A DNA stretch of 64,000 nt, from positions 24,587 through 88,586 of the forward strand of contig ADNK01000436.1 of the NCBI GenBank assembly GCA_000320545.1, read 5' to 3'. Made by a program: the position numbers and the translations under genes. How positions within the stretch are numbered: the first letter of the stretch is position 1; every line of letters begins with the position of its first letter. The notes beneath the pieces were generated by a model that saw nothing but the letters and a program-made list of their open reading frames with translations, was not told where the DNA came from and searched no databases. Source of the DNA: Bigelowiella natans CCMP2755. Lineage: Eukaryota; Protista; Cercozoa. This document shows positions 11,840 through 24,726 of the stretch, one piece after another.

Positions 11840-13100
11840 AATTCGAATTTCATTTTTTTCTCGTTCATGTTCCAGTCGATGTCCTCCCGTGGGTCCTCCA
11901 GGTCATCTGTCTGTCTGATGAGCTTTTTGGGTTTCACTCTTTGATCTTCGGTGACACCCTCATTCTTCTTCATTAATTCATTTTGCACTGATGCATCAGA
12001 CCTGGTGATTTTTTTTTTTCCGTGGTGATCTTGTTGATTGCGGGGGAAATCTCTGCAAGTCACCAATTTCAAGTCACGTGTCAGTGGCCGACGTCTGCGA
12101 AACGAACACTCGAATTTTCGCGGTCCTCAATTGACAAGTGGATGAGATGGCACATCAAATGATCCTTTTAGCTGCACCAAATAACTTCGTTGTTTGCACG
12201 TTCACAGTGAGCTTGTGCTTCCGGTGATCCTTTCAATGAGCCTGACCTGTCTGACCGCACGATGCTTGCACTTCCTCACCTCCTCACCTGCCATGAACGA
12301 GTGACAGCAAGTCCAGGGGCCGTGGTGTGCCAGTGGGTGCAAAAGAAACTGTCAATTTTCCTTCATGTCCTTGCTGTCTGAAGAGCAAGTGGACAAGTTG
12401 ACACTTCTGATGATCCTTTCAGCTGCATCATCGTGCGCACAGCACTCAAACCACTTCGTTCACTGGTCCATCCATCCACTCATGTGCATTCGAACATCTC
12501 ACTTTCCACAGTGGTGGTCTTGCTTCATGGGAGATGGTGCGTGATGCTGGTCACTTTTGATAATCTGTTCGCCGGCTGCATGGCCATTCGAAGTCGCAAA
12601 CTAGCTTCGTTTGTTCACTCACGACTTGCTGTTCGTTCTCTCGCATCGCAACTTCTGCCATCCGCACGACAACGTGCCGCGCTGCAAACTTCAGAGCTCG
12701 CATCGAACCAACTTTGCGCTTCTTCACGTCACTTTTTGACCGTGCACCTGATGTGTTTTTCCGAGATGCTCCACGTCGAGCATGCACACGCATCTTGCTA
12801 GCTAAACACATGGCTAGATGGGCTGCTGTGCGCAAGGGTGTCTCAATGCTCAGATGACATCACTGCTTTCCCTGATGGCACTGCAGTTACGCCGGCCACG
12901 GCACGCAACGCTAACTAATGCTGCGCTTGTTGTGTTCTTTGAAGAAGACACATCATCCTTAGCCATGAATGCACTGCAATCTAGACAATCGAGACAAGTT
13001 CAACGCGGAACATCGGCGACGATGTGCCATGCAAGTGCATGTGCAAAAGTCAAATGCGCCGGGGGTGCAGGCTAGATGAAGACCGTGCTAGCGTGGGGAA
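11840..13100. other. TpA-depleted intergenic island, probable hypermutated relic (TE or foreign DNA)
   Basis: Hand count 11840-12795: 5 TpA versus ~50 CpG. No microsatellites, an internal 44-bp direct repeat, and broken minus-strand reading frames. Confidence 0.6.
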
Positions 13101-13225
13101 AAGAATTGCTAGAACTGGATAATCTGGACGACGAACTTCCAAGATGCGTGCACAAAAACTGTGCAGCGGCACTCGGCGGACATATTTCCAGAGAATTTAT
13201 AAATTTAACCAACTTGATAGCTAGT

Positions 13226-14819
13226 TTAGTGTTTTAATGAGACATCCACAATGCTTGCGTTACGAATCTCATAATTGTGGCGTTCTTTGGTATGCAGATG
13301 ATGCAAGCCACCAGGCTCACAGCCGTCATCAACCTCGCTGGACGCTGTCCCGAGGTACTCGTCATTTGCGACATTGTAGATGTCATCGTCATCGAATGGA
13401 TTGTACTTGAATGCATGCTCATAGGGATGCTGCTGCTGTAGATTATGGCCACTGGTGATAATACCCTTACTACCATTTCTACAATGGAGTTCCAACCCAT
13501 CATCCCTGGCTATTGTCCAGGGCATGTCGTTGAGCGAGAACGGCGGTGGCGGTATGCCCATCTCCATCGTCAAGCACCCCTCCACACTATCCTCGCTCAT
13601 CCTCTCTTCTAAGTCCTCCCCAGGAGGCGGGGATGGGAGTAAACAGCTACGCCTATACCGCTCCTCCTTTCCTTCATTACTCCTACTTTCATTAAAATGG
13701 CTATTTTCCACTCCTCTTGTCACAATCCCCGTAGATGTAGAGGCGTGATTCGCAGTCAACAGATTGTTTTGCCGAATATTTTCGGCCTTTGACCCAGCAT
13801 GAGAGGCACAATCGATCACAGATGATATTGACTGCTTGTTCTGCTGCAGAAGATCTTCCTCTCCTATCCTCCTTCCACGCGCGTTGATGTTAAACGAACC
13901 ATGATCGTATTTTTGCCTCTTTTGGAGAGCTCGCTGTTCTGCTTCAGACCGGTATCTAAACATTTCATAAAGAAAAAGGTGTTTTGAAGCAGTAGCCGCC
14001 GCGGCAGCGGTAGCATCGTAGAGTAGTAGCAGCAGTAGTAGTAATAGTAGAAGTAGATGTGATAATGTGTCGAAGAAGTTTGAATTTCAATTGCTTTCCT
14101 CCAATTGTTAATTGCCGCTATTAGTTTATATTGTAGCTTCTTGTGTATCACAACAAGCATCATAAATAGAAGTCAACATCAGCATCTTCATGACCCCCAT
14201 CATCCACTGCATCATCCTTGACTACAACAACGACAACAGCAACAACATATAAAATGGGCAATTCACGATGACAACATGTCATTACTGCTTGTGAAAGATG
14301 TGTCCTCTCGGAAGCATGATGTCCTCTGCTCGTTCTATCAAATCAAAGCCCGTCCCTGTGCATCCATGCAGCAGTGACATGACAACGTCTCAATGGACTC
14401 CCCGCCAAACAAAAGAATAAAAACCAAACGATGGACTCTCCCTCTCTTTCAGCAGCGAACGATAACAACTGCGGTGCATACTTAGAACGGCACCAGTATT
14501 ACATTTAACAGCAATTCTGCGTCGTATTATCAGGAAAACAAAGAAGGGAATTTAGGAGGAATCTGCTACCGGATGGGAGAACGTAGTTGTAAGCCCTGAA
14601 AACACGAAAATAATAATTGGAGACCATCACCATCAGGCAACCCCCCCCTCCCAACCGCTACACATGTACACAGAGAGGGAGGGAGGGAGATGTATCGCGT
14701 AAGTATTTGTGCTTGTATGTGCATATGTTTATATGTATCTGTATTCGAAATTTATGTGTTTGTGTGTGTTTGTGTGTGTGTGTGTGTGTGTTTGTGTGTG
14801 ATACTTAGAGAGAGGGAGG

Positions 14820-14871
<52 letters not shown>

Positions 14872-16736
14872 AACATAACGAAAATAGAACGGATCACTTT
14901 TCCTCCTTCGACATATTTGTGAACGGATTTTGACGCCATAAGTCGTAAATAGGCGGAGTATTTGGAGAAATTATCCTAATAATACCAGCGAACGTGTTTT
15001 AGCGTATTAGATGCAGATATATACATATCAAACAGAGTGATACTTTTAAACGGAAAAATTCTAAAGTAAGACAAAAAACAAAATTCCACAATATGCCAAG
15101 CGTTGTTGTCGTTGTTGAGACGACACGTCCTATCTATCTACAGCAGCTTGGGGAGTCACAGCTCGATAGGAGAAAATTGATGAGCCTAGGTGCTCCTTTG
15201 GCGATGTGTCAGAAAAGACGACAGCCCCTTTTCCTCCGTTAGATGTGTAGAGGAAGAAAAGAAAGCAGACAATCTTGCGATCTACTGTTTTCCACCTGAG
15301 AAGGCGCTGCGTGAAGTTGAAGAAAGAGCTGTCTCGTAACCGTAACGACTCAATCGCTAACACCTGCATTAATGTAAAAACTCACAGACGCACGCACTCC
15401 CCCGCCCTCATCCCCAGCTACTACCACTGCCGCCACACTTTTAAAATACACAATGAAACAGATTTTGGAGAATCCTTCCTCCACGACAATTTCTACTATT
15501 TCTACAACTACTGCCACAACTACAACTGCAAGACCTAGGTACAACTACCGGCTCCCTGTGCATTACGATCCACAACACCAGCTCCCTGCCGATATATCAT
15601 CGGGGAACAACCAACCGCAAGAACAATAACGACACAAACAAACAAACAAAACAAGAAGCTCTCGTAAATAAGCGGCTACTCGCAGTATTATGATGATGAG
15701 CATCAGCATAGCAAACCGCCCCCCTCCTCCCACAGATGCATGCATCATAATCGGCAAAACTGAACCGAATGCCGGACGATGATCGAGCGACATCATAGCC
15801 ATTGCACGTCATAATTCTAAATCAACATAAACTGCTTGTACAACGAAGAATCAACGCCGTCGATGCTCTCTCTGGTCCTTGTCCACACATCGATCGTCAT
15901 CATTGCGCCAGCAGCACAAAAAGACAGAGTACCTCAGAGCTGGGTTCTTGCACACCTCCGCCACTTCGTCGTCGTTCGCGATCGCATCGAGTGAGGAGCG
16001 GCTGATGCCGATCTGTGCGTAGATTGTTAGATTGCTTGCTGTCGCTACTGATGTAGCGATGATGATGAAGACAGATTCGAAACACGTGGCAACCCATAAA
16101 GCTGACCTGATTGTACTGGGAGCTCTCGAGTCGCTGCAATCTGAGAAGAGGTCGTGCATTAAATCAACACAATGGTTTCATCACGCAAAATTCAGATGCA
16201 TTCCTAGACAAATCTCGACGTGGAACGGAAAGGGAATAAGAATAAGAATAATAACGAGAAGATTAATAGATATACTACTGATGTGTTTGAACAACATACA
16301 CGTTCAGAGACAAAGTCTCTTAAAAGGCTAACGGACGCTAGGTGGTAAGACAGCTTCTACTCAGCACGCACCTCGGAATGTAGCGTATTGGAATCCGCCG
16401 ATCGAGAGCCATATCAACCTCCACTTCAACAACGGCATTCCGCTGCTGCTGTTGCTCCTTTGGACTCCCCCCCCCAGCACCGTCGTCTCCACCTCCGCCA
16501 TCTAATGTTTGGTTGTTTCCACGAGCCCTCTGGACGGAGGCGATCAGCGCGAACTTGATTTCTTCAGGCACTCTGCGGCCATTTGTGATACCAACCATTA
16601 CTGGGGGGTAGACGTCTTCGTCCCTGGGTCGCAGCGGACAACAACAAGTAGGAGGAGGAGGAGGAGATGGAGGAGGAGATGGAGGAGAGAAAAGAGCAAA
16701 CCCTACGATGAGAGGAGCACGTGCACACGCATGCAT
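13226..16736 (-). CDS. Multi-exon protein with a Hit1/ZNHIT3 C-terminal-like domain and long disordered C-tail
   Basis: Exons encode IGISRSSLDAIANDDEVAEVCKNPALR-ESIDGVDSS...VLAIESLRLRDSSFFNFTQRLL, resembling the ZNHIT3/Hit1 C-terminal helical domain (LxxLxxSxxLRxLLxNPxLR...PxFxEFxDxxL). The last exon is ORF 13226-13963. Some internal junctions unresolved. Confidence 0.5.
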
Positions 16737-17429
16737 GGATATGCAGTGGGTGCAATCACATCATACAAATTTGCATAAGGTGCGTATGTGTGTGTGTGGG
16801 TGTGTGTAGCTGTTCATTATCTCTGCTACTGCATACCAAAACTGTAGCTCCACTCTGTCTCGTCCATACGGCCGCTACAAAAATAAGGATGTGTGCGCAG
16901 TAAGGGAAACCACACAATACACAAACATGCGTGCGCGAAATTTAACACATGGAACTGAAGCACGAAAATGTATACATGCGTGTCGTGTAAACGCCCCACA
17001 TATAAATCCTCTCTACCCCCCACCCTACCCTACCCCACCCTGCCCCCCTTTGTTAAGATGAGGGCAGATCTCATTCACGATCAAGATTAGATATCCTATA
17101 GAACTATTTATTGTTCATTGCCTCTCACTGCTTTTATTTTGAATGGACAGCAGCAAAGCGGCGGCAGCATTCATTCACGCGTAAAGGGCCGGAATGGCTA
17201 ACGATGCAAAAACAATTTTTTGGCCGCCACTCCCATGGGACTATTTATTTTACTGAGGAAAGTGCAAAGATGTTAAGATGTCACATCTACTTACCCTTCG
17301 CACACACAACGGGCTGCCAACACTGATGAGTTTGGAGGTCAAGTGATAGGGAAAACAAAATATATATCAGGAGAAAGGAATCCATAGCGACTAGGACAAG
17401 TGTGTTTCATCGTAGTTGGAGGAGAGTGG

Positions 17430-18644
17430 CTGCGCTCGCAGAGCAGCAAGTACGGTCGTCAGTGCCTACCCCGTTTACATATGCACGGGGTATCCTTTGA
17501 ATATGATAGAGTGGCACTGACTTGCCTGCAAAGTCGTTGTGTTCAAGACCTTATACGCATTCAATGCGTTTGTGCATATTATGGGGTTTTGTTTCGACAT
17601 TTCATTACTCCTTTATCATCATCGTGAGTTATTTCCAACACCGCCACCACCACCACCACTATCTACATCTTCTTATTGTTGCTATCACGTTTCATCTCAC
17701 GTGAGGTTGATGTTCGTGGCGTTCGTGAGCTGAGAAAGGAGTACTCTTTTGAAGAAAGCCTATGTTTTACGCGCAGAAGTCATGCATGTTTTGATGCACA
17801 CGCACATGCACACGTAGAGAGAAGAGAGAGGGGGGAGGGGAGGGGAGAGAGAGAGAGAGAAGAGAGAGAGAATGAGAATGGAGGTGGACATGTACCCTTC
17901 GAGGTGGGCGCTGGATCGGTCCAAGAGAAAACCGCACAGAATCTAGTAGTAGTGTGTGTTATGTCTATGAGATGCGCGTGCGTTTGCCTTCCGAATTTGA
18001 ATTTGCGAAACAATGTAATACATCTTCGGAATTTGACATTCCTCAACTACAGACCGTCTGTCTTCTTCTCTTGCCACTCTCTCCATCGCCTACTTGCAGG
18101 GTTGCCGTAGTTATGATACCTGAAATTATGTATTTTGTGAAGGGGGAGGGGGGGGAGAATTAAAATTGTTTCACAACGATCGAACAACTCTCGAACTAAG
18201 CAATGCAAGTCTTCTTTTGCAGGTTTTCTCATTCTTATGACCCTAACACATTTCGCCGCCAGCGCTCTAAGTGTCTTTTGTCAGGTCGATTGTCCTTGCC
18301 ATTCTGAACGTCTGAGAGATAGAACAATGTGAGTAGGATGCTATTGACCCAGGGATAGAGATGATGGCGATAATGCTAAGTTTATGAAAGGAAGTGTGCA
18401 ACGAGCAAACAGCAGCAGTACCTCGAATATCAACAATGTCGCCATCGTAGTCGCTGCCCTTCTGAACAGGCATTGGAGCTAAAACCTTCACGAAAGATCG
18501 GGATCTCGCGTCAGATCCATGAGGGCTGCGAAGAAGGAAGAGAAGAATGGGCAGGCAAAGCACGCATGCAACGCGGTAACGGCGGCAGCGCTTGCGATGG
18601 AGCCAGATTCCGGGGAACGGAGGTGGGGACGAGCAACCCTCCAT
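17430..18644 (-). CDS. Small uncharacterised protein with N-terminal hydrophobic segment
   Basis: ATG 18644, RYRVACVLCLPILLFLLRS hydrophobic stretch, then several short GT-AG exons (DVQNGKDNRPDKRHLERWRRNVL...). 3' end uncertain. Confidence 0.35.
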
Positions 18645-18897
18645 TCGAACGCATTTCGCTTGCGGAATCTCGCTCCAAAGCTCGAGAAACCCTTTGGGGA
18701 AAAACTCATGCGACAATTTTTTACCCTTGTCGCACCAAATTTAAAGGAGCGAAATCGGAATCGTTTCCCGCGAAAACAAAAGAAAATGCGCATCCATCCC
18801 AGAAGCATTGCTGGTGATTTTGGATCCAGAGACAACCCAACGGCGATGTCGCAGCGGAACAAATCTCCTTGTTTTCTCTGAAAAAAGCCGGGAAGAA

Positions 18898-21301
18898 ATG
18901 TCGGCAATGGCGTCCGCCTGGCCAAGGCTCCAGCGCCACAGCTCCAGGATTGTGAACCTGGGGAGAGGGCGGAGAACCCCGATCATCTTCCTCGAAAATT
19001 CGAATTTTTATCGGACAATATCGCACCAAACCCGAGAGAATCCACTGGTGGGAGCCATAGGGCACGGTATGGAACATTTTGCCGAAATTCGGAGCCATCA
19101 TTAACAGATTCTATTTTCTCCCTTCTTCCCCCTGTTTTTTTCGACCAAGGCCCGTCGCTTATTCCCATGAAGCAGAGAGAAGCTGAAGGAGTTTTCGAGG
19201 CGTACGTGCAGGCAGGGTGTCCCGTCGCAACCATTGTAAGAGGTACCCCCCTCCTAGTGGTCTCACACACATCTTAAACATACGGTCCCGGCTGTCGCTC
19301 GAAGGCACACCATCATCCCCACGAATCCCCATCTCTCTCACTGAATGAATCATTAATCCTTCTTTCTGGCGCCATTTCTGACAAAGGGTGCGAGAAATTC
19401 ACCACGGAGTGCGTAGACTTGCTGGATATGAACGAGCTTATCGATAGATCGCATCTCACGCTCCTTGAAACAGTGCGGTGGATTTTTTCCCACCCTTCGC
19501 CCTTTTATTCTTAATAGGATAAAAAAGATAGAAAATTAATTTCTCTTCCATGTGACTGGCAGAAGTAGATGGTTTAAAGGAGAAGAAAACACCGCAGTCT
19601 TCTGTGGCGCCTTATATTCAGATTTGACATTTTTATTGCAGCCTGAGTCCCTCTCTGCCTTTTCGACCTCACCCTCTTTTTTGCCTTTAAAGAAATCGTT
19701 GGATGAAGTGTTGGAGGCGATCGATAGAAAGAGCAGCAGCAGGGGTAGTAGTGACGAGATTTGGGGCGACAGACTCATGATTTCGCTGCCCGCCGACTTC
19801 GACGGCAGCACCCCTCAGAATACGTCCATATTGGTAAAATAGTAGCGATCTTCATACCCAATAAATATAAACATTGACACCACTTGTCGTATCAATCGTA
19901 TGGTAAAAAAGAGAGGGAGAGAGAGGTTGGGGAGATGACGAGTGCTTAACGTTACGATCTTTCCCTTTCTCCGTCCCCCCCCCCCCTCTCTCTTTCTCTC
20001 TCTTCATATTTGTATCACATACAACTTGCTGATAAATCAGGAGCAGGCAATAGATTTCGCGGAGCGGCAGGTTTGTGTCGCCATTACAGCTAATGACATT
20101 ACACTTCCACAGCCACTGGGCTTTCTGTACACGCATCAAGGGAGGAGGAGGAGGAGGAGGAGGAGAGTCCCAATAAAATTATTTTTCCCTGGCGTCTGAC
20201 AATGCAGTATCCTACTATATGGCTTTAAAATCCCACCCCCTCTCATCGATACATAATCTTCATCACAGCTGAGAATAAATATGAACTACTTTTATTACAT
20301 CACATGCTCGATTGCGCTGCCCTCCAGGAGTACCCAAGCGGGTACGGATTTACATCTGTAGGGTTCTCACACTCGGAGGGGGAAGGAGGGGAGAGGGTTG
20401 AGGCAATGTGCAAAGTTGCTAGGAAGGTGGCAGGAGCCGGGGCCCCGTCGAACCTAAGGTAGCACGTGATTGCGTGTGAGCGTCAATTTTCGCTCAGTTG
20501 CTGCGCTGTATGATTTATTATTGGAATGGATGGATGTTGTCGGTCGGAAACTTCTTGATGATTGCTTCGGTTTCTTTACCTCTCGCAGTGTTAGCATCGA
20601 GGTCTCGACATACACTCACACACACACACACACATACACACAACTTAGATGTATATTAATATGAAATGCGTGTTTGTGTGTTTTTGTGTGTGTGTGTGTG
20701 TTCGGCAGGGCTGTGCAGTGCCCAGTAAACATCTTCGAAATCGGTGCTGTGGATGAAAGGTGAGGACGGTGGTGGCTGTGGTTATGCTTATTATCGATGA
20801 AACTTCCTTTGCCGTGGTATGAAATCCCTTCCCCTCCCCTCTCCTCGTGATGATACTCTATGGTCGTGATTTGTGTATGATGAACAGCGGCGGCCAGGTC
20901 TCCGCACTGGAAGTATGCAAGGCAAATAGCCTCAGCTTCTATGCGGATAATTCGTTGCACACAAGGTGTGTGGTGCCTCTAGCTCGGAGAGGAAGAATCG
21001 TAACTTCGCCATGTTCATTAGCGAAGACACACGGGGAGGGGGGGGGGGATTGGTTACTTTGACTATTCATCATTATAATCATCCCGCACTGTCCTCGTTC
21101 TTACTTTGCTTTGCTTCCTCCTCCTATGAGAAGCAGTAAAGCCAATATCCCCCCAACATTTGCAACAAAACCAAAAACTACTACTACTACTACTACTACT
21201 ACTTCTTTTACAACATTCCTCAGCCCGATGTATGCGGGAGGGACAGATCCTGTCAGCTTTTTGCGGGACGCTCCGGGAGCAGGTACACGGATGAATTGCA
21301 T

Positions 21302-21343
<42 letters not shown>

Positions 21344-21917
21344 GCACAAACGCAAGTGCCTACGAGTGTACGCATGCATATGCTGTGATTGATGGATCTC
21401 ATGAGCAACACAACCTTAGCCGCCGCAGCGGCAGCTGCTAGCCTTGAAATGGAAGGAGTATCTCTGGAAAGCCACCACCCTGCTGCTGCAGCTGATGATT
21501 CGTCGTCAAGTGATGTCAGGGAGATGGAGCAACTTACGAAGTCAATACAAAGCAACTTCAACGCTGCGGTGCGAGTTCTCCGTTCCATAATTATATTACG
21601 AAAAAAATAGTTTTTTTTTTGCATCTGGAATTTTTTATCTCGTTGAAATGTGGAGAGGAGTCGGCACCGCGTAAATGCGGCTCGGACATGGATCTTGCTT
21701 GAGGCTCGGAATCGTGTCTTGACGCTTCTTTCACGGGCCCCCCTCCTCCTCCCTCCCTCCCTCCCTCCCCCCCCCCCCTTCCTCCTCTCTCTTTCCACAG
21801 ATGGGTTTGGAGAAGCAATATGCGAAGATGTACGAATCAGAGGCTGGTTAGGCGAGACATTATTAGTTTTTCAATTTCTATCAAATAGGAAGACCCATCA
21901 CGTTCTTATCATCCCCG

Positions 21918-21948
<31 letters not shown>

Positions 21949-22233
21949 CATCATCATCACCACCACCATCATAATTATCATCATCATCATCATCAAGCAC
22001 CGCTCCTTACTTTTCTTGTTGTTATTGTCATTGCTGAAGCCCTCATTCACCATCATCATCATCATCATCATCCCCATCCCCAGCAGTATCACTACTACTA
22101 CTGCTACTACTATTACTACTACTATTAATTATATTAATGGTAAAAATACTAATGATAATAAAATTTGACGGATGGTCTTTTTCTCCACCTCACCATCAGC
22201 AAAGACAGGGCTACCAGTGCCGTCCGAGGTTGT

Positions 22234-22274
<41 letters not shown>

Positions 22275-24102
22275 CAGAACTTCGCAAATACTCACCACAT
22301 GTTTGTATCTATTCTCGTTCATAGCTATAAATATGTATATATACATACATATTTTTATTGATGTATTATAATTGCGTCCGCAGCTGGCCTGGGGGCAAAT
22401 AATCCTTGCGAGTAGCGACGATCTGCAAAATGCACTAAGGTAACTAAGCACATTAACGTACCTGTGGGCTCCCCTCGAAACCCCCTCCCTTCCCCTTCTT
22501 CCCCACCCACACGCACAGGTGGGAATACGCACGTCGCTGCACAATAACGCCATCCGCTGAGGCCAATATCCGCATGCTAAAGGGGAAGGTCATGGCCTCC
22601 TTATGTTCAGTGCTTTGCTTTTCTCTCCCTCTCTCTCTCTAATCAAAGCAACACGCATCACCAAACACGCGGCGAGCATCGACCTGATCCAACGGAACTA
22701 ATCCTTGTTGTGCGGTGACTCTTTACTGGATAGGGCGAGCTTGAAGAGTGGGGCCAACAGTACCTGCGGTAGTAGTACAGTAGCAATAGTAGTTTAACAA
22801 TTCATGGTAGTAGGTGTAGCAGTTGTAGTTGTAGTTGTAGTAGTAGTGGTAGTAGAGAAGCTGTGTAGTAGCAGTAGCAGTAGCAGTTAAGATGGTGAAG
22901 AATTCGTAGTTTATCCTCTTTTTAATGATAGAAACATGCATTAGGCACACGCACACACGTACACACCCTATTTGGATGATATTACGCACAGGGTCCTGAT
23001 GAACTTGCTCGATCTGTTCTCTGCATCGGTATGTTGTTTCCCTATTGTTTTCTCCCGAATCTTGTGCGTCTTTCTAAATGAGTAGAAGAGAACCGTATCA
23101 TCTTGCATCGGTTCTGTGTGTCGGTGTTACAAGGGTCAGTGGTGATGAGATTACGTTTATTGTTTAGTATAAACCGTCGGTTCTCCCGTTGCCAATCTCT
23201 CGAAGCACCAGCGTTTTCGATCTTTTCACAGCCTTTTGGCCTTACAACACGTACTCGTAATCAGGTTCACCGCGTTGAAGGAAAGAAGCGGAGGAGGCTC
23301 GAATCCTTTTTATCAGACGCAATGCCGAATATTTCCACAGGTTTTTACCAGCCCAGCTAGCGAGCTAGCTATAAATGCACGCTTTCCGAAGCAGTAGTTT
23401 GATTCGCGGCGCTGTGTGCTCGTCTTGAGACGGTGCAGGATGTTTTTCCTATCTGTAGATAGTATACAAATACACCGGCGATACGTCTTTATGCATGACG
23501 GCACGGCCATGACTGAGCATATACAGAAGTTACAGACGGCTTCTCCGTATTTGTTTTATATGTTGTTTGTCGTACCCAAATTTGTATGTGTCCTCCTCAG
23601 GCGCTGAGGAGGATGTTCGGCTGGAGGACTTCTGCCTTTCTCTGGTCATCATAAATGGAATAAGAAAATAATAAATATACGAAGGCATGACGATGATGCT
23701 GAAGATTATGAGGAGGAGGAGGAGGAGGAGGGGGGGGGGGGGGGGAATGCAGGGGTGGAGTGGGTTGATGATATTAAATAAGTAAGATAGAGTGCATTAG
23801 GAAGCGAATTAAGATCCTCCATTTTCTCCCCTTTTCCCTCCATTATATCAATGCTTCCTCTCTTCTTCCCATAGGTCCGCAGCACTGGAGTCAGCTGCCT
23901 TCTAACAGATGCGCAAAGTGCTCTCCGTCTTGCCCCCGTCCCACCCCCAAAAATGGTAGACACGCGGCCTGCCCAGTACAGACCGATCGACGATGATTTT
24001 GTGCTTATTCAATATATCTTCTTCCTTATTTGGTTACAGACCGCATCAGAGGCTCTTGAAATTATGAGGGAGGCCCGTAGCTTTTACGAGACGAACAAGT
24101 AG
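18898..24102 (+). CDS. Aldo/keto-reductase-like oxidoreductase, many exons, possible organellar presequence
   Basis: Exons give AVQCPVNIFEIGAV, SALEVCKANSLSFYADNSL, LAWGQIILASSDDLQNALRWEYARRCTITP and LEDFCLSLVRSTGVSCLLT, matching AKR-fold motifs (Q.P.N.FE, L..A....L.V..NRPL, S..GVSCVL.G). R/S-rich N-terminus; TAG 24100-24102. Confidence 0.6.
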
Positions 24103-24726
24103 AAAGGGTCTTTTAGATGGAATGCACAACGATATAATGATGATGTGAAGCGACGGAATGATGTTTACTACTAACGATCAAAATCGTTCGGAATTGTCGG
24201 CAATCAAGCGTTGGCAAATTGTGCATCGGTGACAAGCGCATGCTATGAAGATGATGATTCATACACATACATCCCGCACAGCCGCATATCTACCAGATCT
24301 AGCTAGCTAGAGATTAGGCACGCTTGCGCCCATGGTGACACTGCTAGACTGTCTATAGCTGTGGTGTCGCTACAACATTTGCGTGCATCCACTTCCATCT
24401 TAAGCCATCGTGCATGCAATGGACGTGCAATTTGTGCGCTGTGCTATCCACTTAGCTAAGTCGCATAAATGTGTAAACGCGGTTGCGATGTAGCCCATCA
24501 CACAGATACTCGTGCATGCTAGCATGCGTACCACTGCTAGCACTGGCTACAATCTCTAGCAATCATTGCCACATGACAGGCGTGCATTCAGCCAGCGGAT
24601 TGAAATACTGCAAGCTCGCGGTACTACTCAGGAAATGAATTTTCAACTCCAACAAGGCTTCAATAGTGCCTATGAACGTTGCACGCAGGGCATCACTTAC
24701 AGTCCTCTATCCATCTTGCATGGTCA

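Noticed and set aside
11840-12795. CpG-methylation decay or fungal RIP as the cause of the CA/TG richness
   Set aside because: CpG is retained (~50 counted) and TpA is lost rather than gained, the opposite of both processes.
11725-12835. Track ORFs in the island as real genes or a recognisable transposase/RT
   Set aside because: No recognisable motifs, and loss of TAA/TAG stops inflates ORF length in TpA-poor DNA.
17012-17048. CCCTA-like repeats as an interstitial telomere
   Set aside because: Only two or three imperfect units within a C-rich patch.
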